Below the pieces are notes generated by a model that was given only the letters and a program-made list of their open reading frames with translations, searched no databases and was not told the DNA's origin. Shown in pieces: positions 18,483 through 27,926 of a stretch of DNA of 64,000 nucleotides. The DNA comes from Actinomycetota bacterium (GTDB lineage: Bacteria; Actinomycetota; AC-67). Numbering within the stretch: the stretch's first letter is position 1; the number at the start of each line of letters is the position of its first letter. The stretch spans positions 37,792 to 101,791 of the forward strand of contig DASWIP010000080.1 of assembly GCA_036397635.1 (NCBI GenBank), read 5' to 3'. The translations under genes were made by a program, and so were the position numbers.

Positions 18483-19748
18483 CTAGTCGCAGAAGGGAAA
18501 ATCAGCGACGATATCCGCGTCGACCTTCGTGATGGTCCTCAATCCCGCCGGCTCGGCAGGGTCGATGGCGCTGATCGTGCTCGCCGTCGCCGGGATCTTC
18601 TCCTCGCACGTGTCGCCGTAGGAGATATCGTTCAGCAGGCCGCCCATGTCCGCGTTCTCGAGGCTCTCGAACGCCGCCACGACGCCCTCACGCGTGAGGT
18701 CGCCGTCAGCTATCGCCTTCTCGAGGATCTGGTGGATGATGCGAGCCTGCGTGTAGCCGAACTGGAAGTAGATGTCCGGCTTCTGATCCGGCGCATACTT
18801 CTGGACGTTGTCGAGCATCTCCTTCATGCCCTCACACCCCGCGCCGACCTCACCCCACGAACATGCACCATCAGTCACCAGCCAGTAGGTCTGCTGCAGA
18901 TACTGGACGTGAGGAACGGCCGTGAACGCACCGATCCAGGTTGGCGACTGCCCGATCCATTGAGGCGCGTACCCTGCCTGCGCCGCCGTGCCGGTGATGG
19001 TCAGCGCCTGCGTCGGCACCGTGGTCAGGAACACGTGGTCGGCTCCGGCACGCGCCATGGCCGTGACCTGCGTCACGAACTCGGTATCGCTCGGCTTGTA
19101 GGTCGCCCTGGCGACGATCTCGAAGCCGAGTTTGTCGGCCGCGAACTCCAGCCCCTTCAGGCCCTCCTCGCCGTACTCGTCGTCCTGGTAGATGATGCCG
19201 GCCTTCGGCGTCTTGCCCAGGTCGTTGACGATGTACGACGCGGCGTTGATGAACTGGACCGGGTACGGCGCGCCCGCCGGCACGACGTACTTCTCCCTCA
19301 ACCATTGGGACGAAAGCGTCGCCGCTCCGGTCAGGATGCCGTCGGAGTTGATCTGCGGGAGGATCGCCTGCGTCGTCGGGGTACCAAGCGACTGGGCTAT
19401 CAGCAGCACCTGGTCCTTGACCGCCGCGTACTGCTGCGCATGAACCTGTGGGTCGTACTTCGTGTCCCGCTCGACCAGCTCGACCTGGTATTTCTCGTCA
19501 TCGGCGAGATCGCGGCCCACGCCACCCAGATCCTTGTTGACGTACTCGAAGTACACCCGGTGTCCGTTGGTCAGCGGCTCACCGATCACCTCGACACCGC
19601 CGCTGAACGGCGACAGCTCGCCCAGGAAGATGATCCGCCCGTCGGCATCCACACCGACCGAGGTCTTCACGCCGCTACGACACGCTGCGCCGACGAGCAG
19701 AAGCATGCTCACGCCCAGCAGCGCGACTACGCGCGGTGCCCGTTTCAT
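18483..19748 (-). CDS. ABC transporter substrate-binding protein (Leu/Ile/Val-binding family, type I PBP)
   Basis: Signal peptide/lipobox-like 'MKRAPRVVALLGVSMLLLVGAAC'. SD 'GAGGAGGTG' before the ATG at 19748. About 420 aa periplasmic-binding fold. Confidence 0.8.
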   Translation of the reverse strand: MKRAPRVVALLGVSMLLLVGAACRSGVKTSVGVDADGRIIFLGELSPFSGGVEVIGEPLTNGHRVYFEYVNKDLGGVGRDLADDEKYQVELVERDTKYDPQVHAQQYAAVKDQVLLIAQSLGTPTTQAILPQINSDGILTGAATLSSQWLREKYVVPAGAPYPVQFINAASYIVNDLGKTPKAGIIYQDDEYGEEGLKGLEFAADKLGFEIVARATYKPSDTEFVTQVTAMARAGADHVFLTTVPTQALTITGTAAQAGYAPQWIGQSPTWIGAFTAVPHVQYLQQTYWLVTDGACSWGEVGAGCEGMKEMLDNVQKYAPDQKPDIYFQFGYTQARIIHQILEKAIADGDLTREGVVAAFESLENADMGGLLNDISYGDTCEEKIPATASTISAIDPAEPAGLRTITKVDADIVADFPFCD

Positions 19749-19820
19749 CCCACCACCTCCTCGTTCGAGCCCATCCCTTGCCTTCGATTGTCGCATGATG
19801 TCCGCCTCCTCTCGGGGAAC

Positions 19821-20978
19821 TCAGTAGCTGAACGGCCAGGCCTTGAAGTAGATCTTCGCTCGGCGCCACAGTCCCGCCATGCCGAAGGGCTCGAAGACCA
19901 GGAACACCACGATCAGCAGGCCGAACAGGATGTTGTTGAGGTCGCTCACGCGGAGCAGACCACCCTCGAGGAACGGGATGCTCCCCGAAAACCTCTCGAT
20001 GACCAGCGGCATGGCAGTGATGAACAGAGCCCCGAGGATCGAGCCGAAGATGGTTCCGATCCCACCCACGATGATCATCGCCACGTACTGGATCGAGAGG
20101 AACAAGCTGAAGTTGGTCGGCACGACGAAGCGCACGTACGAGCCGTACAGCGCGCCGGCGATCGCCGCGAACGCGCTCGAGACGACGAACGCGGCGACCT
20201 TGTATCGGAAGAGGTCGACGCCGATGATCGCGGCCGCGATCTCACGGTCCCGGATCGCCTGGAACGCGCGACCGGCGCGAGTGCGCGCCAGGTTCTTGGC
20301 CAGCAGCGCCAGAAGGGCGAGCAGCGGCACGACCAGGTAGTAGAAGCTCTGGTCGCTGCTCAGACCCCCGATGTCGAAGAAGGAGAGCCCGCCTATCTCT
20401 GGTGGGGGAATGGGCCGTCCGCGCGGCCCGCCGGTGACGGCGTCGAGGTTGACGAACAGATGCTCGCCCACGAACACCAAGCCGAGCGTCACGATCGCGA
20501 GGTAAAGCCCCTTGAGCCGGAGCGCGAACGGGCCGATGATCGCGCCGACCAGCGCACCGAGGAGGCCGGCCAGTGGGATCCATACGATGAACGGCAGACC
20601 GAGCCCGCCGGCGTTGCTCGTAGCCTCCCCGCCGAAGTACCCGGCCGTGTAGGCACCCAGCCCGATGAAGAACGCGTGGCCGAGCGAGACCTGGCCGGTA
20701 TAGCCGGTGAGGAGGTTAAGACCGATCGCGCCGATCGCCGCGATCGCGGAGTAGTTCAGGATCACGAGGGGGAAGTCCTCGAGCATGAACGGCGCGGCGA
20801 GCACCACGACCACCAGGATCGCCATGCCGACGCGTCCACCGCTCTCGGGGAACAGTCGCAGGTCCTGCTCATAGGAGACGTGCAAACCCATAGGCCGGGC
20901 CCGGCGCGGGCCACCACCGCGGGCGACCACGTCCGGCATCACGCCGGAGTCGGACCGAGGCGTGCTCTCGACGCTCAA
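19821..20978 (-). CDS. livM: Branched-chain-amino-acid-type ABC permease
   Basis: 'LNLLTGYTGQVSLGHAFFIGLGAYTAGY' LivM signature. Start uncertain (TTG at 20978 overlapping the livH stop, or internal ATGs at 20939, 20891 or 20825). Confidence 0.75.
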   Translation of the reverse strand: MSVESTPRSDSGVMPDVVARGGGPRRARPMGLHVSYEQDLRLFPESGGRVGMAILVVVVLAAPFMLEDFPLVILNYSAIAAIGAIGLNLLTGYTGQVSLGHAFFIGLGAYTAGYFGGEATSNAGGLGLPFIVWIPLAGLLGALVGAIIGPFALRLKGLYLAIVTLGLVFVGEHLFVNLDAVTGGPRGRPIPPPEIGGLSFFDIGGLSSDQSFYYLVVPLLALLALLAKNLARTRAGRAFQAIRDREIAAAIIGVDLFRYKVAAFVVSSAFAAIAGALYGSYVRFVVPTNFSLFLSIQYVAMIIVGGIGTIFGSILGALFITAMPLVIERFSGSIPFLEGGLLRVSDLNNILFGLLIVVFLVFEPFGMAGLWRRAKIYFKAWPFSY

Positions 20979-21871
20979 ACCCGCTCCACTTCCCGGGTGC
21001 CGAAAAGACCATATGGCCGGATCATCAAGACGATCACCATCACGACGTAGGCAGCCACCACGTGGAAGTTGTTGCCGAGCCAGGGCGCGTACTGCGGCTG
21101 ATACCCCTGGCTCAGCACCTCGATCACGCCGATCGCGAGCCCGCCGACCACGGCGCCTCCCGTCGAGTCGAGCCCGCCGAGGATCACGGCGGGGAATGCG
21201 CGCAACGCCACGAAGCCCTTGTCGGGACTGAGGAACTGCGGGTACGCGACCAGGAACATGCCGGCGACGGTCGCCGTCGCGCCGGCGATCGCCCAGGCCA
21301 GCCCGGTCATGCGCCTCACGGAGACGCCGATCGACATGGCGGCCTCCTGGTCGAACGCTGCGGCGCGCATCGCGACGCCGACCTTGGTGTATTTGAAGAA
21401 CAGGAAGAACAGAAGCATGAGCCCGAACGCGGTGAGCAAGGTCGCGACGCTGACCTCGGTGAACCTGATCCCACCGACGGTGTGGACCGCGGTACCCCAG
21501 GGGTTGTCGATACTGCGAGGATCGAAGCCCCAGATGCTGGTTGCGATCTGGCGGACCGCGATCGCGAGGCCGATCGTGATCATCACAACGGCGAAGACCG
21601 GCTTGCCCACCATCGGGCGCAGGATCGTCCGTTCGATGGCGAGTCCCAGCACGCCCATCGACGCCATCGCGATCGGCAGCGCCAAGTAGAACGGGATGCC
21701 CATCTCGTTGCGGAACGTGAACACGAGGTACGCGCCGAACAGCACCAGTTCCCCATGAGCGAAGTTGATGACCTCGGACGATTTGTAGACGATGACGAAG
21801 CCGAGCGCGATCAGCGCGTAGATGCTCCCGAGCACGAGCCCCTGATACAGGAACTGCAGGAACTCGGTCAC
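20975..21871 (-). CDS. livH: Branched-chain-amino-acid-type ABC permease
   Basis: 'VTEFLQFLYQGLVLGSIYALIALGFVIVYKSS...' 298 aa. GTG start overlaps the stop of the upstream acyl-CoA ligase (GTGA). The long N-terminal ORF extension is Arg/His-rich and rejected. Confidence 0.8.
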   Translation of the reverse strand: MTEFLQFLYQGLVLGSIYALIALGFVIVYKSSEVINFAHGELVLFGAYLVFTFRNEMGIPFYLALPIAMASMGVLGLAIERTILRPMVGKPVFAVVMITIGLAIAVRQIATSIWGFDPRSIDNPWGTAVHTVGGIRFTEVSVATLLTAFGLMLLFFLFFKYTKVGVAMRAAAFDQEAAMSIGVSVRRMTGLAWAIAGATATVAGMFLVAYPQFLSPDKGFVALRAFPAVILGGLDSTGGAVVGGLAIGVIEVLSQGYQPQYAPWLGNNFHVVAAYVVMVIVLMIRPYGLFGTREVERV

Positions 21872-23718
21872 GAGCGGTACATCTCCTCGATAAGATCCGC
21901 GAATCGTTCCTCGAGCACCCGGCGCCTTACCTTCTGCGTCGCCGTCAGTTCGCCGTCGTCGTGGTCGAGCTCCTTGGGCAGCAGCCTGAACTTCTTGATG
22001 GACTCGACCGAGGCGAGCTGCTCGTTCGCCTTGCGGATCTCCTGCTCGACCAGGCCGGCGACCTCGGGCTTCTCGGTGAGATCCTTGTAGGTCGTGACGG
22101 CGAGGCCTTGCCGGGTCGCCCAGTCGCCCACCACGTCCACCTCGAGCCCGATCAACGCCACGACGTACGGCCGGCGGTCGCCGACGGCGACGCATTCCTT
22201 GATGTACGGGCTCTGCTTGACCTTGTTCTCGATCTCCGACGGCGAGAGGTTCTTGCCGCCGGCGGTGATGATGATGTCTTTCATGCGGTCGAGGATGAGG
22301 AGGTGGCCGCGCTCGTCGAACTTCCCGACGTCGCCGGTGTGCAACCACCCGTCGGTGTCGACCGTGCGCGCCGTCGCGTCGGGGTCCTTGTAGTAGCCGG
22401 CGAACACCATCGGGCCTCGCAGGAGGATCTCGCCGGTTTCGGGATCGATGGCGATCTCGGTGAGCTCCAGCGGAACGCCGATGGTGCCGAGGCGGACGTC
22501 GTCGGGCGGCGTGAGGGACCCGATGCCGGATGACTCGGTCTGCGCCCAGCCTTCGCGGACCGGGATCCCGATCGCGTGAAAGAACCTCAGCATCTCGGGC
22601 GCGATCGGTGCCGCCCCGCTCACGGCGACCTTGCAACGCACCATCCCCAGCCTTTTCTTCAGCGGCCGGTAGACGAACAGCCAGCCGAGCGCGTACAGCA
22701 CGCTCCACGGGAACGGCGTGCGCATCCTGTTGGCGAACCGCTTGTCTGCGATCTTCATCCCCCACCGGATCCAGAAGTGATAGGAGGCTCGCTTGATCCG
22801 GGAGGAGTCCCGCATGCGGATCTGGACTCCGGCCGCCATCTTCTCCCAGATCCGAGGAACGCCAAGGAAGATGGTGGGCTCCACTTCACGGAGGTTCTCG
22901 GGCACGGTCTCGATCGACTCGGCGAAGTTGGCCGACACGCCGAACGCCAGCGGGACATAGATCGTGAAGATCTTCTCGGCGACGTGGCACAACGGCAGGT
23001 AGCTGAGGACCCGGTCGCCGGGACCAAGATCGCCCCAAGCCGTGGAGGTAACCTGAACGGCGGCAGCGAGGTTCGACTCGGAGAGCATCGCGCCCTTCGG
23101 AGGACCGGTGGTCCCTGAGGTGTACACGATCATCGCGATCTCTTCGGGCTCGCGCTCGCCGATGAGGCGCTCGAACGCGTCGGGATCCGCGGTGTGCTTC
23201 TCACGTCCACGAGCGAGCACATCGTCGAACAGAGTCAGCCGCGGATCGTCGTAGCCGCGCAGTCCGCGGTCGTCGATGACCACGATGTGCTGGAGGCCGG
23301 GGCACTCGGCCGATGCGGCGAGCACCTTGTCCACCTGCTCCTGGTCCTCGACCACCACCAGCCGCGCGCCCGAGTGCGAGAGCACGTAGGCGACCTCGTT
23401 GACAGGATTCGTCGGGTAGACCCCCACCGAGACCAGCCCGGCGCACACCGCGCCGAGCTCGGCGAACACCCACTCGGGACGATCATCGCTCAGGATCGCG
23501 ATCCGCTCTCCGGTCTGCAGGCCGAGCGAAAGCGCGCCCAACCCGAACGCACGCGCGCGCTCCTCGTAATCTGCCCATGTGTACTCGCGCCAGATCCCGT
23601 GGTGCTTCTCGCGTAGCGCAACGGATCCTGGGTTCAGACGGGCTCTGTGTAGGAAGATCGCCGGGAGCGTCGCGAGCTCCTGCCGTGGTGCCGGACGTTC
23701 ACGAAGCTCGACCGCCAT
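21868..23718 (-). CDS. Long-chain acyl-CoA synthetase (AMP-forming, FadD15-like)
   Basis: 616 aa with the AMP-binding motif 'YTSGTTGPPKG' and 'GYGQTE'-equivalent 'GWAQTESSG'. Embedded in the liv-type operon. Confidence 0.85.
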   Translation of the reverse strand: MAVELRERPAPRQELATLPAIFLHRARLNPGSVALREKHHGIWREYTWADYEERARAFGLGALSLGLQTGERIAILSDDRPEWVFAELGAVCAGLVSVGVYPTNPVNEVAYVLSHSGARLVVVEDQEQVDKVLAASAECPGLQHIVVIDDRGLRGYDDPRLTLFDDVLARGREKHTADPDAFERLIGEREPEEIAMIVYTSGTTGPPKGAMLSESNLAAAVQVTSTAWGDLGPGDRVLSYLPLCHVAEKIFTIYVPLAFGVSANFAESIETVPENLREVEPTIFLGVPRIWEKMAAGVQIRMRDSSRIKRASYHFWIRWGMKIADKRFANRMRTPFPWSVLYALGWLFVYRPLKKRLGMVRCKVAVSGAAPIAPEMLRFFHAIGIPVREGWAQTESSGIGSLTPPDDVRLGTIGVPLELTEIAIDPETGEILLRGPMVFAGYYKDPDATARTVDTDGWLHTGDVGKFDERGHLLILDRMKDIIITAGGKNLSPSEIENKVKQSPYIKECVAVGDRRPYVVALIGLEVDVVGDWATRQGLAVTTYKDLTEKPEVAGLVEQEIRKANEQLASVESIKKFRLLPKELDHDDGELTATQKVRRRVLEERFADLIEEMYRS

Positions 23719-24533
23719 CAGGCTCCTCCTCCTGCCGTGCCCATCTCGGGTGTGCCTTGCTCCTCGCCCAGGTAGGCGCGGATCACCTCGGGGTTCGCCT
23801 GAACCTGCTCGGGCGATCCCTCGGCGATCTTGATCCCGAAGTCGAACACCGCTACGCGATCGGCGATGTCCATCACCAACCCCATGTCGTGCTCGACCAG
23901 GATCTGGGTGACACCGAGCTCGTCTTTGATGTCGAGGATGAATCGCGCGGTGTCCTCGGTCTCCTCGACGTTCATGCCCGCCACCGGCTCGTCGAGCATC
24001 AGCAGCTTCGGATCCATCGCGAGGGCACGTCCGAGCTCGACGCGTTTCTGAAGGCCGTACGGCAGGTTCGAGACCAGCTGCGACCGGTACCGCTCGATCT
24101 CCAGGAACTCGATGACGCGCTCGGCCGCCGCCCGATGCTCGACCTCATCGGCCTTAGCCCGCCCCCACCACAGCGCGCCGCTGACGACGCCGGTCTTCAT
24201 CAGGTGGTGGCGCCCCAGCATCAGGTTGTCGATCACCGTGAGGAAGGGGAACAGCTCGATGTTCTGGAAGGTCCGCGCGATCCCCGCCTGCGGCACCTCG
24301 TGACGTTTCAGACGAAGCAGGTCCTGCCCTTCGAAGGTCACCCGCCCGGCGGCCGGCTCGTAGACCCGGCTGATGACGTTGAAGATCGAGGTCTTGCCGG
24401 CACCGTTTGGGCCGATGATCGCGAACAGCTCGCCCTCGGCGACCTCGAAGGACACGTCGTCGAGCGCGCGCACCCCAGCGAATGCGAGCGACACCTCCTG
24501 GAAGGACAGCAGTGTTCGGCTCACGACAGCCAC
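23718..24533 (-). CDS. livG: ABC transporter ATP-binding protein
   Basis: Walker A 'GPNGAGKTS', signature 'LPYGLQKRVEL', Walker B 'LLMLDEP'. Confidence 0.85.
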   Translation of the reverse strand: MAVVSRTLLSFQEVSLAFAGVRALDDVSFEVAEGELFAIIGPNGAGKTSIFNVISRVYEPAAGRVTFEGQDLLRLKRHEVPQAGIARTFQNIELFPFLTVIDNLMLGRHHLMKTGVVSGALWWGRAKADEVEHRAAAERVIEFLEIERYRSQLVSNLPYGLQKRVELGRALAMDPKLLMLDEPVAGMNVEETEDTARFILDIKDELGVTQILVEHDMGLVMDIADRVAVFDFGIKIAEGSPEQVQANPEVIRAYLGEEQGTPEMGTAGGGA

Positions 24534-25315
24534 CTCTTGCGGCGACGGTAGTGCTTCACGTCCCGGTACGAGCGGCGCGCCGATCCTTCCGCGCCAAGTC
24601 CGAGATAGAACTCGCGAACATCCTCGTCGCGGAGGAGATCCGATGCCATCTTGTCCATGACGACCCGGCCCGTCTCGAGGATGAACCCGTGCTGCGCGAT
24701 CTGCAGTGCCATCGCGGCGTTCTGCTCGACCAGCAGCACCGCGGTCCCCGAGCGGTTGATCTCGACGATGATGTCGCGGATCTGTTGCACGATCCGCGGC
24801 GCCAGACCCAGGCTCGGCTCGTCGAGTAGCAGAACCTTCGGGGAAGCCATCAACCCGCGCGCGATCGCCAGCATCTGCTGCTCGCCGCCGGAGAGATAGC
24901 CGGCGACCCGGCGACGACGCTGCTCGAGCACCGGGAACAGCGACATGACCCAGTCGTAGGTACGACGGACGCCCACGCCGTCGCGTCGGGTGAAGGCCCC
25001 GGCCCGCAGGTTCTCGTCCACGGTGAGCGAGACGAAGATCCGCCGGCCCTCGAGCACCTGGGTGATACCGCTGCGCACGATCGCGGCGGCATCCAGCCGG
25101 TCGATCCGGTGGCCGTCCACGAAGATGCCGCCTTTGGTGATCTCACCGTCGTGCACGTGAAGGAGGCCCGAGATAGCACGCAGGGTGGTGGTCTTCCCGG
25201 CCCCGTTGGCGCCCAGGAGAGCCACGATGCCACCATCGGGAACTTCGAGGGAAACGCCGCGCAGGGCGAGGACGACATCGTTGTAAACGACCTCGATGCC
25301 CCGAACCTCGAGCAC
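24521..25315 (-). CDS. livF: ABC transporter ATP-binding protein
   Basis: Walker A 'GANGAGKTT', 'LSGGEQQMLAIAR', 'LLLDEPS'. Confidence 0.85.
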   Translation of the reverse strand: MLEVRGIEVVYNDVVLALRGVSLEVPDGGIVALLGANGAGKTTTLRAISGLLHVHDGEITKGGIFVDGHRIDRLDAAAIVRSGITQVLEGRRIFVSLTVDENLRAGAFTRRDGVGVRRTYDWVMSLFPVLEQRRRRVAGYLSGGEQQMLAIARGLMASPKVLLLDEPSLGLAPRIVQQIRDIIVEINRSGTAVLLVEQNAAMALQIAQHGFILETGRVVMDKMASDLLRDEDVREFYLGLGAEGSARRSYRDVKHYRRRKRWLS

Positions 25316-25603
25316 CCTCTGCCCTCGCGCTTCCCCTCGGCGTCAAGAAAGCGATCCCATCCTATGACGTGCTCGGTACATCTCGCCGGTGCCGGGTGTA
25401 ACTCGTCACGCTTGATAGGTTCCGTCCTCACCCGGTTCGTCACATATGCGTCGGCATCGGCCTCGATAGGTCAAGCGTCCCCCCCTGCACCGGGATGAAC
25501 CTGACCACGAAATGAGCCGAACGCATCAGGCCCGTCGACGCCCGGTGCAACTACCCTCGCTACGAAGGGTGTTCGCGACGCGGCGAACCCACATCCGACG
25601 GGG

Positions 25604-25819
25604 ATGGCGATGCTGCTGACGATTTTCACGTACCGCCTCTGGCTGAGCGCTCGCCTTAACCTGCGCTCCGAGCGCGGAGCGACCGCGCTGGAGTACGCCA
25701 TCGTCGCCGCCGGGATCGCAGCGGTCGTCGTGCTGGCCGTAGCGCTGCTCGGAGGGGCGACCAACTCCGACTTCGCCTGCACCGCCGAATCCTGGGAGAC
25801 TCGAACCGAACGCTGCTAG
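25604..25819 (+). CDS. Flp/Fap-family type IVb prepilin (orphan)
   Basis: '...RSERGATALEYAIVAAGIAAVVVLAV' matches the Flp processing motif (G/xTAxEY) followed by the hydrophobic helix. No tad/cpa genes within the window. Confidence 0.5.
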   Translation: MAMLLTIFTYRLWLSARLNLRSERGATALEYAIVAAGIAAVVVLAVALLGGATNSDFACTAESWETRTERC

Positions 25820-26463
25820 CTCCCCTGCGTCCGGAAGTACGCAAACACTTGTGCGAACAGCTGCTTGGCGTCATCGGGAAGCTCGACATGTCCCCCGAGC
25901 AGCTTGGCAGCGATGAAGACCTGCGCCGTCCGTTCGACCTCGCGCGCTACCAGCATCGCCTTGGACAGATCCCGGCCGACCGCGACCAACCCGTGCGAGG
26001 CGAGGAACGCAGCGTTGCTGGTCTCGCCGAGCGCCGCCGCCACGTTGTCGGCGATCTCCTGGGTCCCCGAGATCGCGTACTCCGCGACCCGAACCCCGTC
26101 GCCGACGTAGACGCCGAACTCGTCCAGGAACGCGGGGAGTGGAACGCGCGCGGCCGCGAACGCGCTCGCCCAAGTGGGATGTGCGTGGATGACCGCGCCG
26201 ATGTCCTCCCGGAACCCGTAGCACGCCAGATGCACCTTGTGCTCGACCGACGGCGCGCGCGCGCCCTCCAGAACGGTTCCCTCCAGGTCCATCAGGATCG
26301 TGTCGTCGGGCGTGATCTCCGCATAGGGGATCGACGAGGGCGTGATGATCACGCCCTCGGGCACGCGCGCGCTGACGTTGCCGGAGGTGCCGACGGTGAG
26401 GCCGCGGTCCTCCATCTCACGGCCGGCGCGGGCGACGGCTTCGCGCTGCTCGAGATAGCGCAT
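25816..26463 (-). CDS. Class II aldolase/adducin-family protein
   Basis: 'GTSGNVSAR', and Zn-ligand His context 'VIHAHP'. 216 aa. Start ATG at 26463 lies 2 nt after the kinase stop. Confidence 0.8.
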   Translation of the reverse strand: MRYLEQREAVARAGREMEDRGLTVGTSGNVSARVPEGVIITPSSIPYAEITPDDTILMDLEGTVLEGARAPSVEHKVHLACYGFREDIGAVIHAHPTWASAFAAARVPLPAFLDEFGVYVGDGVRVAEYAISGTQEIADNVAAALGETSNAAFLASHGLVAVGRDLSKAMLVAREVERTAQVFIAAKLLGGHVELPDDAKQLFAQVFAYFRTQGS

Positions 26464-26465
26464 CG

Positions 26466-27926
26466 TCACATCAGGTCTCCGATCCGTAGAGTCCCGGTCT
26501 CCAGCGCGGCATGCTCGCGCCACGCGGCGTAGTGCGCAGGGTAGCCGTCGGCGGCGCGCGGAGCGACGTCGTGTCCGCGATCGTGCATCGCCTCAGTCGC
26601 CGACTCGACGCCGCCGTGGTGAGCCGACGCGGACACGATCGCGGCGCCGAGGGCCGACGAGGCGGGCTCGACGGCGACGCGAACCGGCTCCTCGCCGGAT
26701 CCCGCCAGCGCCGCCGCGACGACGCCCGAGCGCGCGACGCCACCGGCCAGCGCCAGCGAGCGGTGCTCGCCGAGCCACTCGAGGCCGGCGCGCGCGCCGA
26801 ACGCGACGCCCTCGAAGACCGCGCGCAGCACGTCCGCGCGCGGGCGACCGAGCGCGAGCACCGGCGCGGGGAACGACAGCGCAGCGCGACGCACCAGCGG
26901 GAAGTTCCCGATGTCGCTGGGCCGCGGGTCCACGAACACGACGCCGCCGGCGCCGGGCACGCCCGTCTCGGCTTCCGCGGCCAGCGCGTTCACGTCCGTC
27001 GCCAGCACACCCCCGAGCCAACTCAGGAGCGCGCCGGCCTCACCGCAGTGCGCCTCGCGCACCCATCGGCCCGTCATCGGATGCGGCGAGCGCCACAGGC
27101 GACCGGCCGGATCGGCTGTGGCATCGGCGGTGACCACCTCCGCGATCATCGTGTTGCCCGCCACGACGATCGCGTCACCGGCGTCCCGAACCCCCATGGC
27201 CAGCGCCGCCGCCTGGGTGTCGGCGCCGCCGGACACGACCGGGATGCCCGCCGGGATGCCGAACCGCTCGCTCGCGGAAGCGCGCACATCCCCGACCGCG
27301 TCCCCGACCGCGCGCACCTCCGGCAGCACGCTGTGGGACACACCCAGCGCCTCGAGCAGCTCCTCGCTCCACGCATCGGCCGCGATCTCGTACACGAGCA
27401 GCTCGGCGGCCTGGGTCCGCTCGGTCGCGGCGATCCCGGTCAGCTCGTAGACGACCCAGTCCGCGAGTGAGAGCGCGTGCGCGACCCGGGCGGCGTCGTC
27501 CGGCGCGTTCTCGCGCATCCACGCCAGCCGCGCCGGCAGATACAGCATCGCGGGGAGCCGCCCGTTGATCCGGTAGATGCGCTCGCCGTGCACGCGCTGC
27601 TGCTCGATCCCTTGGGCGACCGCGCGCCCGTCCGCGTTGGGTCCCACCAAGATCGGCGCGCCCTCGGCGTCGAGCAGCGCGACGCCGCTGCGCTGCGAAC
27701 AGACCCCGATCGCCGCGATCGCACCGGCATCGCACCTCGACACCGCATCGCTCAGCGCGGCGGCGACCGCCGCGAGCGCATCGCCCGGCTCGAGGTCGGT
27801 GAGCCCGTGCTCGTTCGTGCGGTAGCGCCATGCATGCTCGGCGGCGGCGACGCGGCGACCTCGCTCGTCCACGATGAGGCATCGGGCGCCGCCGGTCCCG
27901 ACGTCGACGCCGGCGAACAGGGTCAC
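26466..27926 (-). CDS. FGGY-family carbohydrate kinase
   Basis: N-terminal 'LFAGVDVGTGGARCLIVD' and C-terminal FGGY fold, 486 aa. Confidence 0.75.
   Translation of the reverse strand: MTLFAGVDVGTGGARCLIVDERGRRVAAAEHAWRYRTNEHGLTDLEPGDALAAVAAALSDAVSRCDAGAIAAIGVCSQRSGVALLDAEGAPILVGPNADGRAVAQGIEQQRVHGERIYRINGRLPAMLYLPARLAWMRENAPDDAARVAHALSLADWVVYELTGIAATERTQAAELLVYEIAADAWSEELLEALGVSHSVLPEVRAVGDAVGDVRASASERFGIPAGIPVVSGGADTQAAALAMGVRDAGDAIVVAGNTMIAEVVTADATADPAGRLWRSPHPMTGRWVREAHCGEAGALLSWLGGVLATDVNALAAEAETGVPGAGGVVFVDPRPSDIGNFPLVRRAALSFPAPVLALGRPRADVLRAVFEGVAFGARAGLEWLGEHRSLALAGGVARSGVVAAALAGSGEEPVRVAVEPASSALGAAIVSASAHHGGVESATEAMHDRGHDVAPRAADGYPAHYAAWREHAALETGTLRIGDLM

Noticed and set aside
18732-21050. 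772-aa plus-strand ORF
   Set aside because: Antisense to the substrate-binding protein and livM genes. Arg/Asp/His-rich junk composition.
21872-22765. N-terminal 298-aa extension of the livH ORF (596 aa total)
   Set aside because: The extension is Arg/His/Pro low complexity and overlaps the well-supported acyl-CoA ligase on the same strand in another frame. The real livH start is the GTG at 21871, overlapping the ligase stop.
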